A stretch of 64,000 bases of DNA from the NCBI GenBank assembly GCA_038087875.1, contig CM075994.1:4218001-4282000 (forward strand), read 5' to 3'. Position 1 is the stretch's first letter, and the number at the start of each line of letters is the position of its first letter. Source of the DNA: Malacoraja senta (Eukaryota). The translations under genes and the position numbers were made by a program. The notes beneath the pieces are model-generated. The model worked only from the letters and a program-made list of their open reading frames with translations. It had not been told where the DNA came from and did no database searches. Of the stretch, positions 1 through 29,435 are shown one piece after another.

Positions 1-351
1 GGAGAATTCAATCCCCATAAAGTCAGGCTATAGGCTACCCAAGAACACAAAGTGTTTTCCTCCAATTTATGCGTGGCGCCACTCTGGAGTTAGGGGAGCC
101 CCCGATCAGAAAGATCAGTATGAGATTGGTAACGGGTGAGCAACCGGGAAAGCCAACAGCCCTTGGCGGAGCGAACGTAACTGTTCGGCGAAACGTTGCA
201 ACCTAGGATTCTCCGATCTCCCGGATGCCGAGCAATAATCAGGCATTCCATTGCGTTCGTCCAGCGGATTGTTTATGCTCCAGATTCGAACATCTACTTC
301 CATCTGTCAGTACGCCTAGATCTTTGAACTCGAAACCAATGCATTTTTTAG

Positions 352-16101
<15,750 letters not shown>

Positions 16102-16547
16102 GTGAGTTGGATGAACAGGCTGACTTTATGAATATATATATTTGTTGTTTTTAAATGAAAGATAATGGTTATTATTTAAAACGCACCTAGTTTTATATAC
16201 ATCGAACTATAATTTATGTGCTGAATGCCAGTGAATCTCCAAGACCAATTCTAATTATTGTTTGATAACAGCTGTAAGAATTTCATTTTCCGTTTCCGTA
16301 TATATGACAGTACATCAATATTTACTCTTGACATTGATAACCAGTAATTATAAAATATTCGTTTTCATCTTTCAAATCATATTGCCATTCCAACGCCATT
16401 CCCGTATATTTGACACGAGAGTTATTACGCCTTTTTATTTCAGTTCCAAAGTCAATTTGATTATCAAAATATGCTTAACAACGGAAGAAATATCCTAGGT
16501 TGCCACCATAAGCTGGCCCAAGAAATAAATTATCATATAATATTTGA

Positions 16548-17004
16548 CAAGAGGACATAGGTTTTAGGTGAAGAGGAAAAGATGTAATAGGAATCTGAAA
16601 GGTAACTTTTTCACGCAAATGGTGGTGGGTGTATGGAACGATCTGCCAGAAGGGGTAGTTGAGGCAGGGATATATATACACACTGAACTCCCCCCCCCCC
16701 CCCCCCCCCCCCGTCATGTACTATGTTTACATATTCTGTTGTGCTGCAGCAAGCAAGAATGTAATTGTCCTATCTGGGACAAATGACAATAAAACACTCT
16801 TGAATCTTGACTCTTGACTATCCCAACAATTAAGAAACAGTTTGACAAGTACATGGATACGACAGGTTTGGATGAATATGGACCAAACTCGGGCAGGTGG
16901 GACTAGTGTAACTGGGACATGTTGGCCGGTGTGGTCAAGTTGGGCCGATGGGCCTGTTTATCAACACTGTATCACTTCTATGAGTTTATGACTCTATGAC
17001 TTTA
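16548..17004 (+). mobile_element. CR1 3' end interrupted by a short Rex-type 3' tail (about 16670-16820)
   Basis: RNLKGNFFTQMVVGVWN; insert with poly-C and aataaaacactcttgaatcttgactcttga tail. Confidence 0.7.
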
Positions 17005-17204
17005 NNNNNNNNNNNNNNNNNNNNNNNNNNNNNNNNNNNNNNNNNNNNNNNNNNNNNNNNNNNNNNNNNNNNNNNNNNNNNNNNNNNNNNNNNNNNNNNN
17101 NNNNNNNNNNNNNNNNNNNNNNNNNNNNNNNNNNNNNNNNNNNNNNNNNNNNNNNNNNNNNNNNNNNNNNNNNNNNNNNNNNNNNNNNNNNNNNNNNNNN
17201 NNNN
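17005..17204. other. Assembly gap (200 N)
   Basis: Run of exactly 200 N, i.e. a fixed-size scaffold join. Confidence 1.
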
Positions 17205-17521
17205 GACGTTGTTAACATGAAAGTAACGAAAGTATGGGTGGGGTCTCTCATTTCTGCGTATGGGATACCAGCACACCGGAACCTTTTCATCTTTGAAATC
17301 CTGTATATAAGCCACATTAACCCTCCGGGATTTGCATGGTCAGTGTGAAGTCAAACATTAACGAAAACAGCAAGCAATTTGTTCTGCATGTCCGTTTAAA
17401 ATCTATACAGATGGCAAACGAGGAAGATTAAGTATCATTATTTAATTGGTCAGAAAAGGAGATTACATTTTAGGTTCAAAATGAGAAACCAGCTCATAAA
17501 AACGATTAATATAATCAATAG

Positions 17522-17706
17522 GTACACAAAAATGCTGGAGAAACTCAGCGGGTGCAGCAGCATCTATGGAGCGAAGGAAATAGGTAACGTTTCGGGCCGA
17601 AACGTTACCTATTTCCTTCGCTCCATAGATGCTGCTGCACCCGCTGAGTTTCTCCAGCATTTTTGTGTACCTTCGATTTTCCAGCATCTGCAGTTCCTTC
17701 TTTAAC
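17522..17706. mobile_element. Penelope-derived perfect fold-back element with 14-bp TSD
   Basis: 75-bp perfect inverted arms (17521-17595 and 17597-17671); TSD aatataatcaatag at 17508-17521 and 17707-17720. Confidence 0.85.
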
Positions 17707-20700
17707 AATATAATCAATAGTTTGGATTGGCATTTGCAGTCAGTGAAACTTGTAAGCTATCAATTTCCATTAGATGTTCTATAAATATTGCTATCCTATC
17801 TATTAATTTCAGTATAATTGAAGGAGCAATTATGAATAAAGCAAGGAATTATGAAGTTATTTCATTAATTCGATTTAAATTAATTAATTACGGAACTGCT
17901 GAATTCATTGCTTTTTCAAATAATAACTGCATAATAATTTTGAGCAGGGGATTATTTTATAGAGGAGCCTTCACGTAAAAGCATTATGAAAGCTGTTGTG
18001 CTCGATTGAATTTGAATAAAGAGATTCCTTCTATATTTATGGAGGTCACAGAAAAACTAAGCAAAGAATTGCGTTCTCGAATCCGCGCAATTGGAATGCA
18101 GAGAAAATATATATTTTTGAAACCATTGCTCAGAGACCTAAACCAGAAGGTAATCTAAATACACGATGACGGGGGGGGGGGGGAGGTCATTAAATTCCAC
18201 TGGACAAACGAGAAGACATTTGAATGTTACATTCCTCAGAGTAAAATTGTTAGTGATCCAGGTTAATGGGAGGCAGCGAGTACATATTGACATTGCCATT
18301 GACGTCCATTGCTTCCGAAGAAACGCATTAAAAATAAAACACATTTCCCCGGGGCGTTACTATACCAACACATTCAATTTCGGTCCATACCTTTCTACTG
18401 CCTATAATTCAGATAATTGAAATATTTCCAGGTGCATTCCCAATTCCCAATGAGTCCTTGTCACCCTCACTTATTCATCTGCGTTGACTCGGTGAAGCGG
18501 TGAAGACATGATGGGTAAGATGATTCAGTGTGATGCTTGGAGGGTGTGGGATGTGGGAGGTCAGGAACACTGATGGTGCCTCTGGCTGCTACACCTGTGG
18601 TAACTGTGTCTAGGTTCAGCTCCTGAAAGACCGTGTTGGGGCACTGGGGAAGCAACTTGATGACCGCAGGATCATCCGGGAAAACGTGAGCTTCCTGGAC
18701 ACGACCTGCAGTGAGGTTGTCTCGCCAAGGAAACAGGAAGAGCGAAGGTGGGTGAGTGGGAGAAAGGGGAGTAACCGTGTAGTGCAGGAGACCCCAATGT
18801 CTGTGCCAAATTATAACAGGTACACCCTTATGGGAGCTGTCGGGGCAGACGACGCTTCCAGTCCGAGCGAAGGACAGGTCGGTGGCTCCAATCCTAGCGC
18901 TGAGACTCGACTGCTGAGACCAACGTCGGGCAGAGCTATAGTGGTGGGTGACTCCATTGTCCGAGGTGGGGACGGGAGATTCTGTGGCGGCACGCGAGAC
19001 TCGAGGATGGTCTGTTGCCTCCCTGATGGCGGGGTTCAGGATGTCAGTAACCGACTTCAGAACATCCTCCAGAGGGAAGGTGAACAGCCGGCAGTTTAGA
19101 GAGTTAGAAAGAAAACTGAAAAGCAGGACTTTTTGGGTGGTTATCTGTGCATTGCTTCCAGTACCTCGCGCTGGTGAGTGCAGAAACAGGGAGATAGGGG
19201 ATCTGAATGTGTGGCTGGCGGGTTGGTGCAGGGAGCAAGGATTTAGCTTTACAGACCACTATACAGGTCTCTTCTGGGGTAGGGGTTACTTGTACAAAGG
19301 TTACACCTTAACTCGAGTGGGACCAACGTTCTGGCAGGCAGGTTTGCTCTTGCTACACGTGTGGGTTTAAACTAATAGTTGGAGGGGTTGACAAATTGGG
19401 AGTATAAAGATGGAGTTAAAGGGGAAGGGAGTGCAGGAAAAGTTACAAAAGACTCCCGACTTAATGGGAAGGAATGTTCGAGGAGGGATAAGAGAGTAAG
19501 ATCAGGACCAATAGTGACCGGTGTGAGAGGGGAGGTGAATGCCGGAGTGAAAAGTGTTGTTTATAAATGCGCGAAGTATAAGAAATAAAGTGGACAAGCT
19601 CGAGGCTCAGTTAGAAATTGGCAAGTGTGATGTTGTGGGAATTACAGAGACATGGCTGCAAGAGGGGCAGGGCTGGGAACTGAATATTCAAGAGTATACG
19701 TCCTATCGAAAAGACAGACAGATAGGCAGAGGGGTGGGGTAGCTCTGTTGGTGAGGATTTAAATTCAGTCTCTTGCAAGAGATAACAATGAAACAGGAGA
19801 TATGGAGTCATTATGGATAGAACTAAGAAATTCTAAGGGTAAAAATACCCTATTGGGACATCTACAGGCCCCATAAAAGTATCCTGGATATAGGGTGCAA
19901 GTTGAATCAAGAGTCAAAATTGGAATGTTGTAAAGGTTGATATGGGAGATTTCAACATGCAGGTAAACTGGGAAAACCGGGTTGGTACTGGACCCTAAGA
20001 AAGGGAGTTTGTGTAGTGCCTCCGTGGTGCATTCTTAGAGCAGCTTGTACTGGAACCTACCAGGGAGAAGGCAATTCTGGATTTGTGTTGTGTAATGAAC
20101 CGGATTTGATAAGGGAACTCAAGGTAAAGGTGGCCACAATATGATAAGTTTAAATGTACAATTTGAGAGGGAGACGGGTAAATCGGAGGTGTCAGTATTA
20201 CAGTTGAACAAAGGGGACTATGGAGCCATGAGAGCGGAACTGGTCAAGTTGCCTGGAAAGATACCCTAGCAGGGATGCCAATGGAGCAACAGTGGCGGGT
20301 ATTTCTGGGAACAATACAGAAGGTGCAGGATCAGTTCATTCCAAAGAGGAAGAAAGATTCCAATGGGAGTAAGGGGCGACCGTGCCTGAGAAGGGAAGTC
20401 TGGGACAGTGTTAAAAATAAAGGAAACGAAGTATAACAGAGCAAAGATGAGCGGGAAGCCAGAGGATTGGGCAACTTTTAAAGAGCAACATAAGATAACT
20501 AAAAAGGCAGGAGAAAATATGAGGTATGAAGATAAGCTAGCCAGGAATATAAAGGAGGGTAGTAAAATCTTCTTAAGGTATGTGAATAGGAAAAATTTAG
20601 TTAAGACCAAAGTTGGACCCTTGAAGACTGAAAAAAGGTGAATTTATTATGGGGAACATGGAAATTGCAGACGAGTTGAATAGGTACTTTGGATCCGTCT

Positions 20701-20906
20701 TCACTAAGGAGGACACAAACAATCTCCCTGATGTACTAGTGGCCAGAAGATCTAGGGTGACGGAGGAACTGAAGGAAATTCACATTAGAAAGGAAATGGT
20801 GTTGGGTAGACTGATAAGACTGAAAGCAGATAAATCCCCAGGGCCTGATAGTCTGTATCCCAGGGTACTTAAGGAAGTGGCTCTGGAAATTGTAGACGCA
20901 TTGGTG

Positions 20907-21355
20907 ACGGCAGTGGTGGCTTCTTCTTCTCCCTGGTCCCCCACGAGGGATCGCGGGCTTCGGACCCCGCGCCAGCTGGAGCTCTGCAGACCGCGGCTTC
21001 AGGCTGCCGGCTGCCACGGGCCAGCGAAACGGAGCGCTCCCCTCCGCGCTGCGCCCGCCGCTGAAGCCCCGGGTGCGTCTCCGGGAAAGGCCGCGCCGAT
21101 CCTCGCTGTTAGGCCACGGGGGAGGTGACATGAAAAAAAAGTCGCCTCTCCATGGAGGAGGCGACCAAACGGTTTCCCCCTCACCCCCCCCCCCCCACCC
21201 CCCACCCCTACACACACACACACACCAACCCCCCACACAAGACACACAAAGAAACATTAAAAACATACATATAAACATATTAAAAATGAAAAAAAGGTTG
21301 AAAAAAACGGACACGCTGCTCACAGGGCGCCGGCTTGCAGCGCCCCCACCGACCG
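20907..21355 (-). mobile_element. GC-rich non-autonomous element inserted in CR1
   Basis: Interrupts CR1 ORF2 after VDALV; similar to 2372-3541. Confidence 0.6.
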
Positions 21356-21599
21356 ACTAGTTAGCCTGACCTCTTTTTTGGGGAAGATACTGGTGGCGAT
21401 TATAAAAGATGAAATAGCGGCACATTTGGATAGCAGTAGCAGGATCGGCCCGTGTCAGCATGGATTTACGAAGGGGAAATCATGCTTGACTAATCTTCTG
21501 GAATTTTTTGTGGATATAACGTAGAAAATGGACAAGGGAGAGCCAGTGGATGTAGTGTAACTGGACTTTCAAAAAGCATTTGATACGGTCACACAGAGG

Positions 21600-22315
21600 T
21601 TTAAAGGTTCAAAGGTTCACATTTGTCACATGCACCATAAGGTGCAGTGAAATGAATTTACCATGCAGCGTTACAATTAAAAAAGGACATAATACACATC
21701 ATAATTCAACACAGACATCCACCACAACATTTATCAATGTGGTGGAAGGCAATACAGTTCAGACAGTCCTCCTCCCTTGTTCACCCGTGGCTGGGGCCTT
21801 GACCCTCAGTAGACGCCGCTATGGATGGCCCGATGTTCAAGCCCTCTGATCGGGATGGTCGGAACGCCGACGTCGGAACAGGTCGAGCACACCACGCGGC
21901 CAGGAGCTCCCAAATCGACCACCACTTTACCGGAGACCGCGGCTTCAAGATGTTGTTGGCCGCAGGCCGGCAGTCGGACCCCTTCTCCGGCGACCCCCGG
22001 CGAGGGATCGCCCGTTCCACGATGTTAAATTCCCCGCTGCGCCGCCGCTGAAGCTCTGGGCCCGGCTCCGGGAAAGGCCGCACCAAACCAGCTGTAAGGC
22101 CGCGGGGAGGGAGGCGAAGAAGCGACAACGAAGAAAGTCGCATCTCCGTCGAGGTAGGGGATTGAAAAACGGTTTCCCCTTATTCCCCTCCCGCCACACA
22201 AGACATACAGAGAAACACTGAAACATACTTTTGGATATACAAAAAACAAAAAAAAATGTCAAAACAACGAACCCGCTGCAGGCGAGGCAGCCGACTCGCA
22301 GCGCCATCGGAACCG
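21600..22315 (-). mobile_element. GC-rich non-autonomous element inserted in CR1
   Basis: Minus-strand gatggcgctg start and (tgaacctt)n tail; interrupts CR1 RT. Confidence 0.6.
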
Positions 22316-25225
22316 GATCCGGATATTAATGGGGAAAATTGGAGCACATGGAGTTGGGGGTAGTGTGTTCACATGGATAGAAAATTGTTTGGCAGACAGG
22401 AAACAAAGAGGAGGGATTAACGGGTCCCTTACAGAATGGCAGGCAGTGACTAGATGGTCGGTGCTGGGACCGCAGCTATTTACAATATACATTAATGAAT
22501 TAGATGAAGGGATTAAAATTGACATTAGCAAATTTGCAGATGACACAATGCTGGGTGGCAGTGTGAACTGTGAAGTTGATGCTATGAGGATGCAGGGTGG
22601 CTTGGACAGGTTGGGTGAGTGGGCAGATGCATGGCAGATACAGTTTAATGTGGATGATGTGAGGTTATCAACTTTGGTGGCAAAAACCGGAAGGCAGATT
22701 ATTATCTAAATGGAGTCAAGTTGGGAAAAGGGGAAGTACGACGGGATCTGGGGGGTCCTTGTTCATCAGTCGATCAAAGTAAGCATGCAGGTACAGCAGG
22801 ACGTGAAGAAAGCAAATGGCATGTTGGCCTTCATAACAAGAGGAGTTGAGTAGAGGAGAAAAAAGGTCCTTCCGCAGTTCTACAGGGCCCCAGTGAGACC
22901 ACACCTGGATTATAGTGTGCAGTTTTGGTCTCCCAATTTGAGGAAGGCCGTTCTTACTATTGAGGGAGTGCAGCGTAGGTTCACCAGGTTAATTCCCGGT
23001 ATGGCGGGACTGTCATATGTTGATAGAATGGAGCGGCTGAGCTTGTATACTTTGGATTTTAGAAGGTTGCGAGGGGATCTTATTGAAACATATAAGATTG
23101 TAAAGTGTTTGGACACGCTAGCGGCAGGAAACATGTCCCCGACGTTGGGGGAATCCAGAAGCAGAGGCCACAGTTTATGAATAAGGGGTAAGCCATTTCG
23201 AACGGAGATAAGGAAAAAAACGTTTTCACACAGAGAGTTGTGAGTCTGTGGAATTCTCTGCCTCAGAAGGCGGTGGAGGCTGGTTCTCTGGATGCTTTCA
23301 AGAGAGAGCTAGGCAGAGCTCTTAAAGATAGCGGAGTCCAGGGATATGGGGAGAAGGCAGGAACGGGGTACTGATTGGGGATGATCAGCCAGGATCATAT
23401 TGAATGGCGGTGCTGACACGAGAGGCCGAATGGCTACTCTTTCACCTATTTTCTCTTGTCCCCGTGAAGCAATATTTCGGATTTTGGATGTTATTCGGTG
23501 TTTTCATATCCCCGTGTCATTTTTATCTTTCCGATCAGTAACATCACGCCCCACATCCCCCGTAACGCTTGAATCTCCTAACGAAACAAAGAAAACTATT
23601 TTTCAGCTGGTGTGAGCAATAAGAAGACTATCCACCCTGTTCTGAGGTCCCTGAAACCACGATAGCCAATATTCACATAATTCATTTCACAACATAGGAA
23701 GATTCATACAATGAACACCACAACATCAGTACAATGAGATAAAAAGACCGCAATTACACTGATGCAATCACGAACCGCATTAGGAGGCAAGGTGTTGACA
23801 TAAATATACATTAGATTTTAGACTTTTATCAACATCAGAAAAGTGATGGAATATATCAAAGTAACCAAGCTAAATTAAACTCCCGGTAAACTATGCATTT
23901 CTCCTTATTGTCACATTTTATCATGAGATAAAAGAGGAGAATTGTCTTTTCGAGCCGATGGCACCTCTCAACTTAACCTCGTCAGTCGGGTTCCTCCACT
24001 TATTCTGTGAAACGTATTCTCTCACTCATTAAGGTAACACCCACCTTCGTAAATCTTCCAATCACGTCGATTTACAAGTGGACCACTTTGTACTTCGCAA
24101 CAGCACGGTTTTAGGATGTGAGGGAAACGGGAACCTCCCAGGGCACCATCAGAGATATCGTTAACACTGCAAGCTCGACGCAGATAACATTAGGTATCAC
24201 AATCGAACCTCATCCAATGTAGCTACGAAGCCTACCAGAAGCTAATCAGGATTTCGAAGGCCTGTCAGGAATTCAATGGATTTCCAGGAAACACCGGAAT
24301 ACTGACCAACCAAACACTGCGACCAACCTCGTCAGATGACCTATGGTAGCGTTGACACAAAATCGTCTTCGTAAGGCCATTTTCTAATGGCCAACGTATT
24401 TAGACCTGGCAATCATGTCCACGGCTCCACAAGCACAGAAGGCTTTCGATTTCATCCAAAGAACGCAATATTCTCCCCATCAACATCTGGCTATCAAGGC
24501 CACCTCGAGTGTGCAGTGTGTATCTTTCATAACAGTGTCTGCAATGTTCGAAAATACTACTTCAGAGTATTTCCTCTACATGACCACCTCAATAAAGGTA
24601 CGCGTAGCATGCGCAGGGGGTTCGACTACCTTGGAATATTGTTACATTAATCAAACCATTCTTGCAAATATTCCGGCATTCGCATATGTTCACTTGGTCT
24701 AAAAATCTACCCAATAAAACACTGCGAATATGCCCGTGTGAAGAACCTCAACATTGCATAAAAAAGCTCAGTATCATATTCTCAGTCGTATAAATGATAT
24801 AGAAACATAGAAACTTAGAAATTAGGTGCAGTAGTAGGCCATTCGGCCCTTCGAGCCTGCACCGCTATTCAATATGATCATGGCTGATATGCGATAAATT
24901 TGGTCCTGTGCCCCGTGTATTGTTCAAACGATAATGGCGACATTTCTTCGAGCTAAGCTCAGCAGTTAAACACTGAAAAATGAACCTAGCAAGTCGCGTT
25001 CTCTAACATCACAGCGCATAATTCAATATTGCTCACAATCTGAACTAACCATGAACCAGAAACATATATGTGTCAGCTAAAGAACCACAATGAAAGTGAG
25101 AATGTGTTTCATTTGATCAACCGGAACCATTCCCCAATTTAAAGTTATAAATCAGTATTTAGAGAACAAAATTTCGGCTGCGTCTATAGACGTTGACGCT
25201 ATAACTCCCATGCGATCCTCATTTA

Positions 25226-25831
25226 GAAATGTGTCAAGAAACAAGAGTGTTTTACTGTCATTTTACTGAAATGGAACAATCACATTTTACTTGCAGCAGA
25301 ACAACCGGTTATCAACTCATACCCAGTAGATAATATAGCAAACAACAAAAGGTAAATAAATGCTGCCGTGTGTTCATCATCGTTTCTCCATTCTCAGCAA
25401 CTAAGGAATTTTCTTCACCAAGAGGACTGCAGCAGCTTCAATAATTCGTTGATCACCACTGTCAGCGAGAGTTAGAAAATGACAGCAAATTCTAGTATTT
25501 CCAATATTACGGTTACCCGCTGCATGAGCGAAATATTTTCGACCTTACGGTGCTAAAACCAGATCCAAATTAACTATCATAACTTTCATGCAATAAACCC
25601 CTCCACCGGTGTCATTGATTTTTATACCGGTTGTTTTGAAATAAATCAATTGCTCGAAGATCGACAATAACGCGTCAGATGACAGCGTATGTCAATTGCT
25701 GCACTGAAACCCACAAACCGATTCTCTGTATCCCGTTGTTCTGCTGTCACTCTCCCTCTCTCAAGACGGAACAAGGACAGCGCTACTTTCGTCCTGACCT
25801 TTCTCTAACCTGCCTCCACGCCCAACACGAT
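25226..25831 (+). repeat. Left copy of ~605-bp direct repeat flanking the L1
   Basis: Matches 29436-30039 with a handful of differences. Confidence 0.95.
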
Positions 25832-28800
25832 CAATCAAGTGTATTTCTAAATTCATTTATTAATACCACTAATATTAAAGATGTCTGGAGAATAGAAAAT
25901 CCAACTGGACGGGAATATTCATTTTACTCTCCAGTACACAAAACATACTCAAGAATAGATTATTTTTTAGTTGACTCCACGTTTATCCCATTTACTTATA
26001 ACTCAAAATACCATAATATTATAATCTCAGACCACGCACCTGTAACATTTATGATTAAATTAAATGGATTGTCAGAGAAACAAACATATTGGCGATTTAA
26101 CCCACAAATCTTGAACGAAAGATCATGCCAGGAATATATTATTAAACAGATACAAATATTTTTTGAGGTAAATGATAACCCTGACACACCTACTTCTCTT
26201 ATGTGGGAAACGTTTAAAGCGTTTGTTCGAGGTGCATTAATCTCTGCTCAAGTATTTTATAATAAAGAGAACAGGATTAAACAACAAACATTGGAAAGGG
26301 AAATCAAACAACTAGATTTAGACAATGCGAGAATGTCATCTATTTCAAAACATAATAAAATTGCAGTATTGAAATATCAATTAAATAAAATGTATTCAGA
26401 ACAAGTAATAAAACTTTATCAAAAAACCAAACAATTACATTTTGAATTTGGAGACAAACCACAAAAACTATTAGCACGTCAGTTACGAAAAATGGAAGGG
26501 GAAAAAATAATTCATAAAATTAGAACAGAGACAGGAGAATTATTAAAAATGCCCAAGGACATAAATGAAAGATTTCTCCAATACTATCATAACCTTTATT
26601 CAACTAAAGCTGTAACACAAACGGAAGGAATAGCAGATTTTTTACTAAAATGTAATTTAAAAGGTTTTAGATTCAAATGATAGAGAATTATTAGAAAGGG
26701 AGATTACGATAAAGGATATTGAGGAGTCTATTGGCTCTTTAAAAAATGGTAAAGCAGTAGGACCAGATGGTTTAGGCTCTGAATGTTATTAAAAAAATTA
26801 TGACTTGCTATGCCCACGTTTACAAAGACTGTATGAGCATATGTATACTCAACAGAAACTCCCAGATACTTTAAATGAATCTATAATAACACTTATTCCT
26901 AAAGCTGATAAAGATCCGGAAGATCCGGGATCTTATAAAGCAATTGCACTTTTAAATACAGATCAGAAAATATTAACTAAAATACTAGCGCATAGCTTAA
27001 GTACAGTGATGAATAAAATAATACACCCTGACCAAACAGGCTTTATTCAGAAACGGTACTCATATTATAATCTAAGAAGATTATTTAATATTATTTATTC
27101 TAAGAGAATGATTAATGAAGATTTAGCAATAATCTCACTCGATGCTGAAAAAGCATTTGATCAGGTTGAATGGTCTTATTTATTCTCAGTGATGGAAAAT
27201 ATGCAACTAGGGGAGAAATTCTGTACATGGATAAAACTGTTATATACAAATCCTACGGCTAGAATATTAACAAATCAAAGGTTGTCACCAAAATTCAACC
27301 TATCTAGAGGTTGTAGACAAGGATTCCCGTTATCTCCATTATTATTTGCTTTAGCTATTGAACCACTTGCAGAAAGAGTTAGGGGTCATCCGGAAATATA
27401 TGGGTATATCACAAAGGACACAGTGAATAAAATTTCTCTATACGCAGATGATGTACTAATTTACATTACAAAACCAGAAATTAGTATTCCAAACTTATTA
27501 GAGCTAATAACCCAATTTGGGTCACTCTCAGGATACAAAATAAATTGGAATAAGAGTGAAATTATGCCAATAAGGGAACATAACAAACACATAATACAAC
27601 AATTTCCATTTAAAATAGTAAACGAAAAATTTAAATACCTAGGTATCTATGTAACTAAGATATATACATCATCATTTAAAGCAAACTTTCCCCCACTACT
27701 GAATAAACTACATAAGAATATTCAATACTGGAAAACACTCCCTATTTCAATGATTGGCAAAATTAATTTGTCTATTGTTAATGATTTTATCTGGGATTAT
27801 AAGAACCATAGGATAAACAAAAGACATTTGTGTAAATCAAAAATAAATGGAGGTTTGGTTTTACCCAACTTTCTGTTTTATTTTTGGGCAGTTAATATTA
27901 AAAATATGAATTTCTGGTTGGAAGAAATAGAACAACAACCAGATTGGTTAAAAATGGAAAAGGAAGACTGTTTGCCTTTTGATATCGGGTCGATATTATT
28001 TGCTACATCTAAATTAAACAAAAAAAATTATAGGGAAAACCCTATAATATTTAGTACCATACGAATTTGGAAACAATTAAAAAAGACATTAAAATTAGAT
28101 AATTTATCACTATTTCTCCCGATTGTGAATAACCCTTTGTTTAAACCCTCATGGTTGGACAGGGGTTTTACACAATGGAAGAATTATGGAATTAAAAATA
28201 TGGGACAACTTTATAAGGAAGGCACTTTTCTGACATTTCAGGAGTTGCAACAGACTTACGGACTTCGAGGAAATGATTATTTCAGATATCTTCAACTCAG
28301 AGATTATGTAAAATCGAATACTCAAAACTTTCGAATTAGAAATTCAGAAATTCTTGACGAATGTTGGAATAAACATCCTAATACAGAAAAATTAATATCT
28401 TATATATATAATATCTTATTAGACAGTGACATTCCATCGACGGACTTACACAGACAAACATGGGAAAAAGAATTAAATGAAATAATAACGAAAGATACTT
28501 GGGAAGAAAGTTTACAACAGATACATCAATGTTCATTAAATGCCAGACATTCTTTAATACAATTTAAAGTAATACATAGATTACATTATTCAAAAACAAA
28601 ATTACATAAAATCTTTCAACATATCTCACCTATATGTGATAAATGCCAACATTTAGAAGCTACCTTATCTCATATGTTTGCAAACTGTACAAAAATTAAA
28701 AAATTCTGGGTAAATATTTTTAGTATAATATCTAAAGTGACCAGCACACAAGTGGACCTGGATTCAAAAATTATAATACTCGGAACATCAGAATTAAATC

Positions 28801-29435
28801 AAACATTTACAACAACACAAAGAAACTTTATTGATTATAGTATAATAACAGGAAAAAAATTAATTCTAAAATTTTGGAAAGGCCCTACGGCCCCCACAAT
28901 CAAAATGTGGATTATAGAAATGACGGAGACCTTAAACGTGGAAAGAATCAGATTTTCCCTGTTGGATAAACAGGAAGTATTCGTTGGAACATGGTCTCCC
29001 TTTATTGATTATTTAAATGGTCAGAATGGTTCAGCACGGGAACCTGACTAATGCTCGGGCTAAAAAATGGATGAAATGCTATATTCTGAAATGTACGAAT
29101 ATATCTCGAATGAAGTTTTTTATTTTAATAATTTTTTCCACTCTTCTTTAACTATCTTTCTCTTTTGTTTTGTTTTTTTGTTTTGTGTTTCTTGTTTTTT
29201 GTTAAAAAAATTAAATATTTTTTTTTTCTCTCTTTTTCTTCTCTTTCTTTTCTTTCTTTACTTCATCTATCTTTTTAGTTCTATCTAGTTTAAAATAAAA
29301 AAAAATAAAAAGGTAAAAGGTATTGGAGACAATGTAATAATAATTGATAATATTATCAATTTAAAAATGTAAGACTGTAATGATGTTAATAGGTTATGTA
29401 CTTATCTCCAATAAAAAATATTTAAAAAAAAAAAA
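25832..29435 (+). mobile_element. 5'-truncated L1-clade LINE (ORF2: APE C-terminus, RT, C-terminal Cys-rich domain), disrupted
   Basis: YSRIDYFLV..ISDHAPV, ISLDAEKAFDQVEW, RGCRQGFPLSPLLF, ISLYADD, CDKC..HMFANC. Frameshift and stop at about 26680-26800; AATAAA at 29410 and poly(A) at 29424-29435. Confidence 0.93.

Larger units (their letters stand above)
18500..23460 (+). mobile_element. Near full-length degenerate CR1 (esterase ORF1 plus APE/RT ORF2), interrupted by two insertions
   Basis: ORF1 IVVGDSIVRG..MVCCLP; ORF2 [32 protein letters not shown]; many stops and frameshifts. Confidence 0.9.

Noticed and set aside
16986..17317. ORFs spanning X residues
   Set aside because: They run through the N gap.
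24387..24702. 87-aa and 95-aa ORFs
   Set aside because: No recognisable domain or splice context; probably decayed LINE sequence.
25679..25831. N-terminal ~50 aa of the 333-aa ORF as a host-L1 fusion gene
   Set aside because: Chance read-through from the flanking duplicated sequence into the truncated L1 ORF2.
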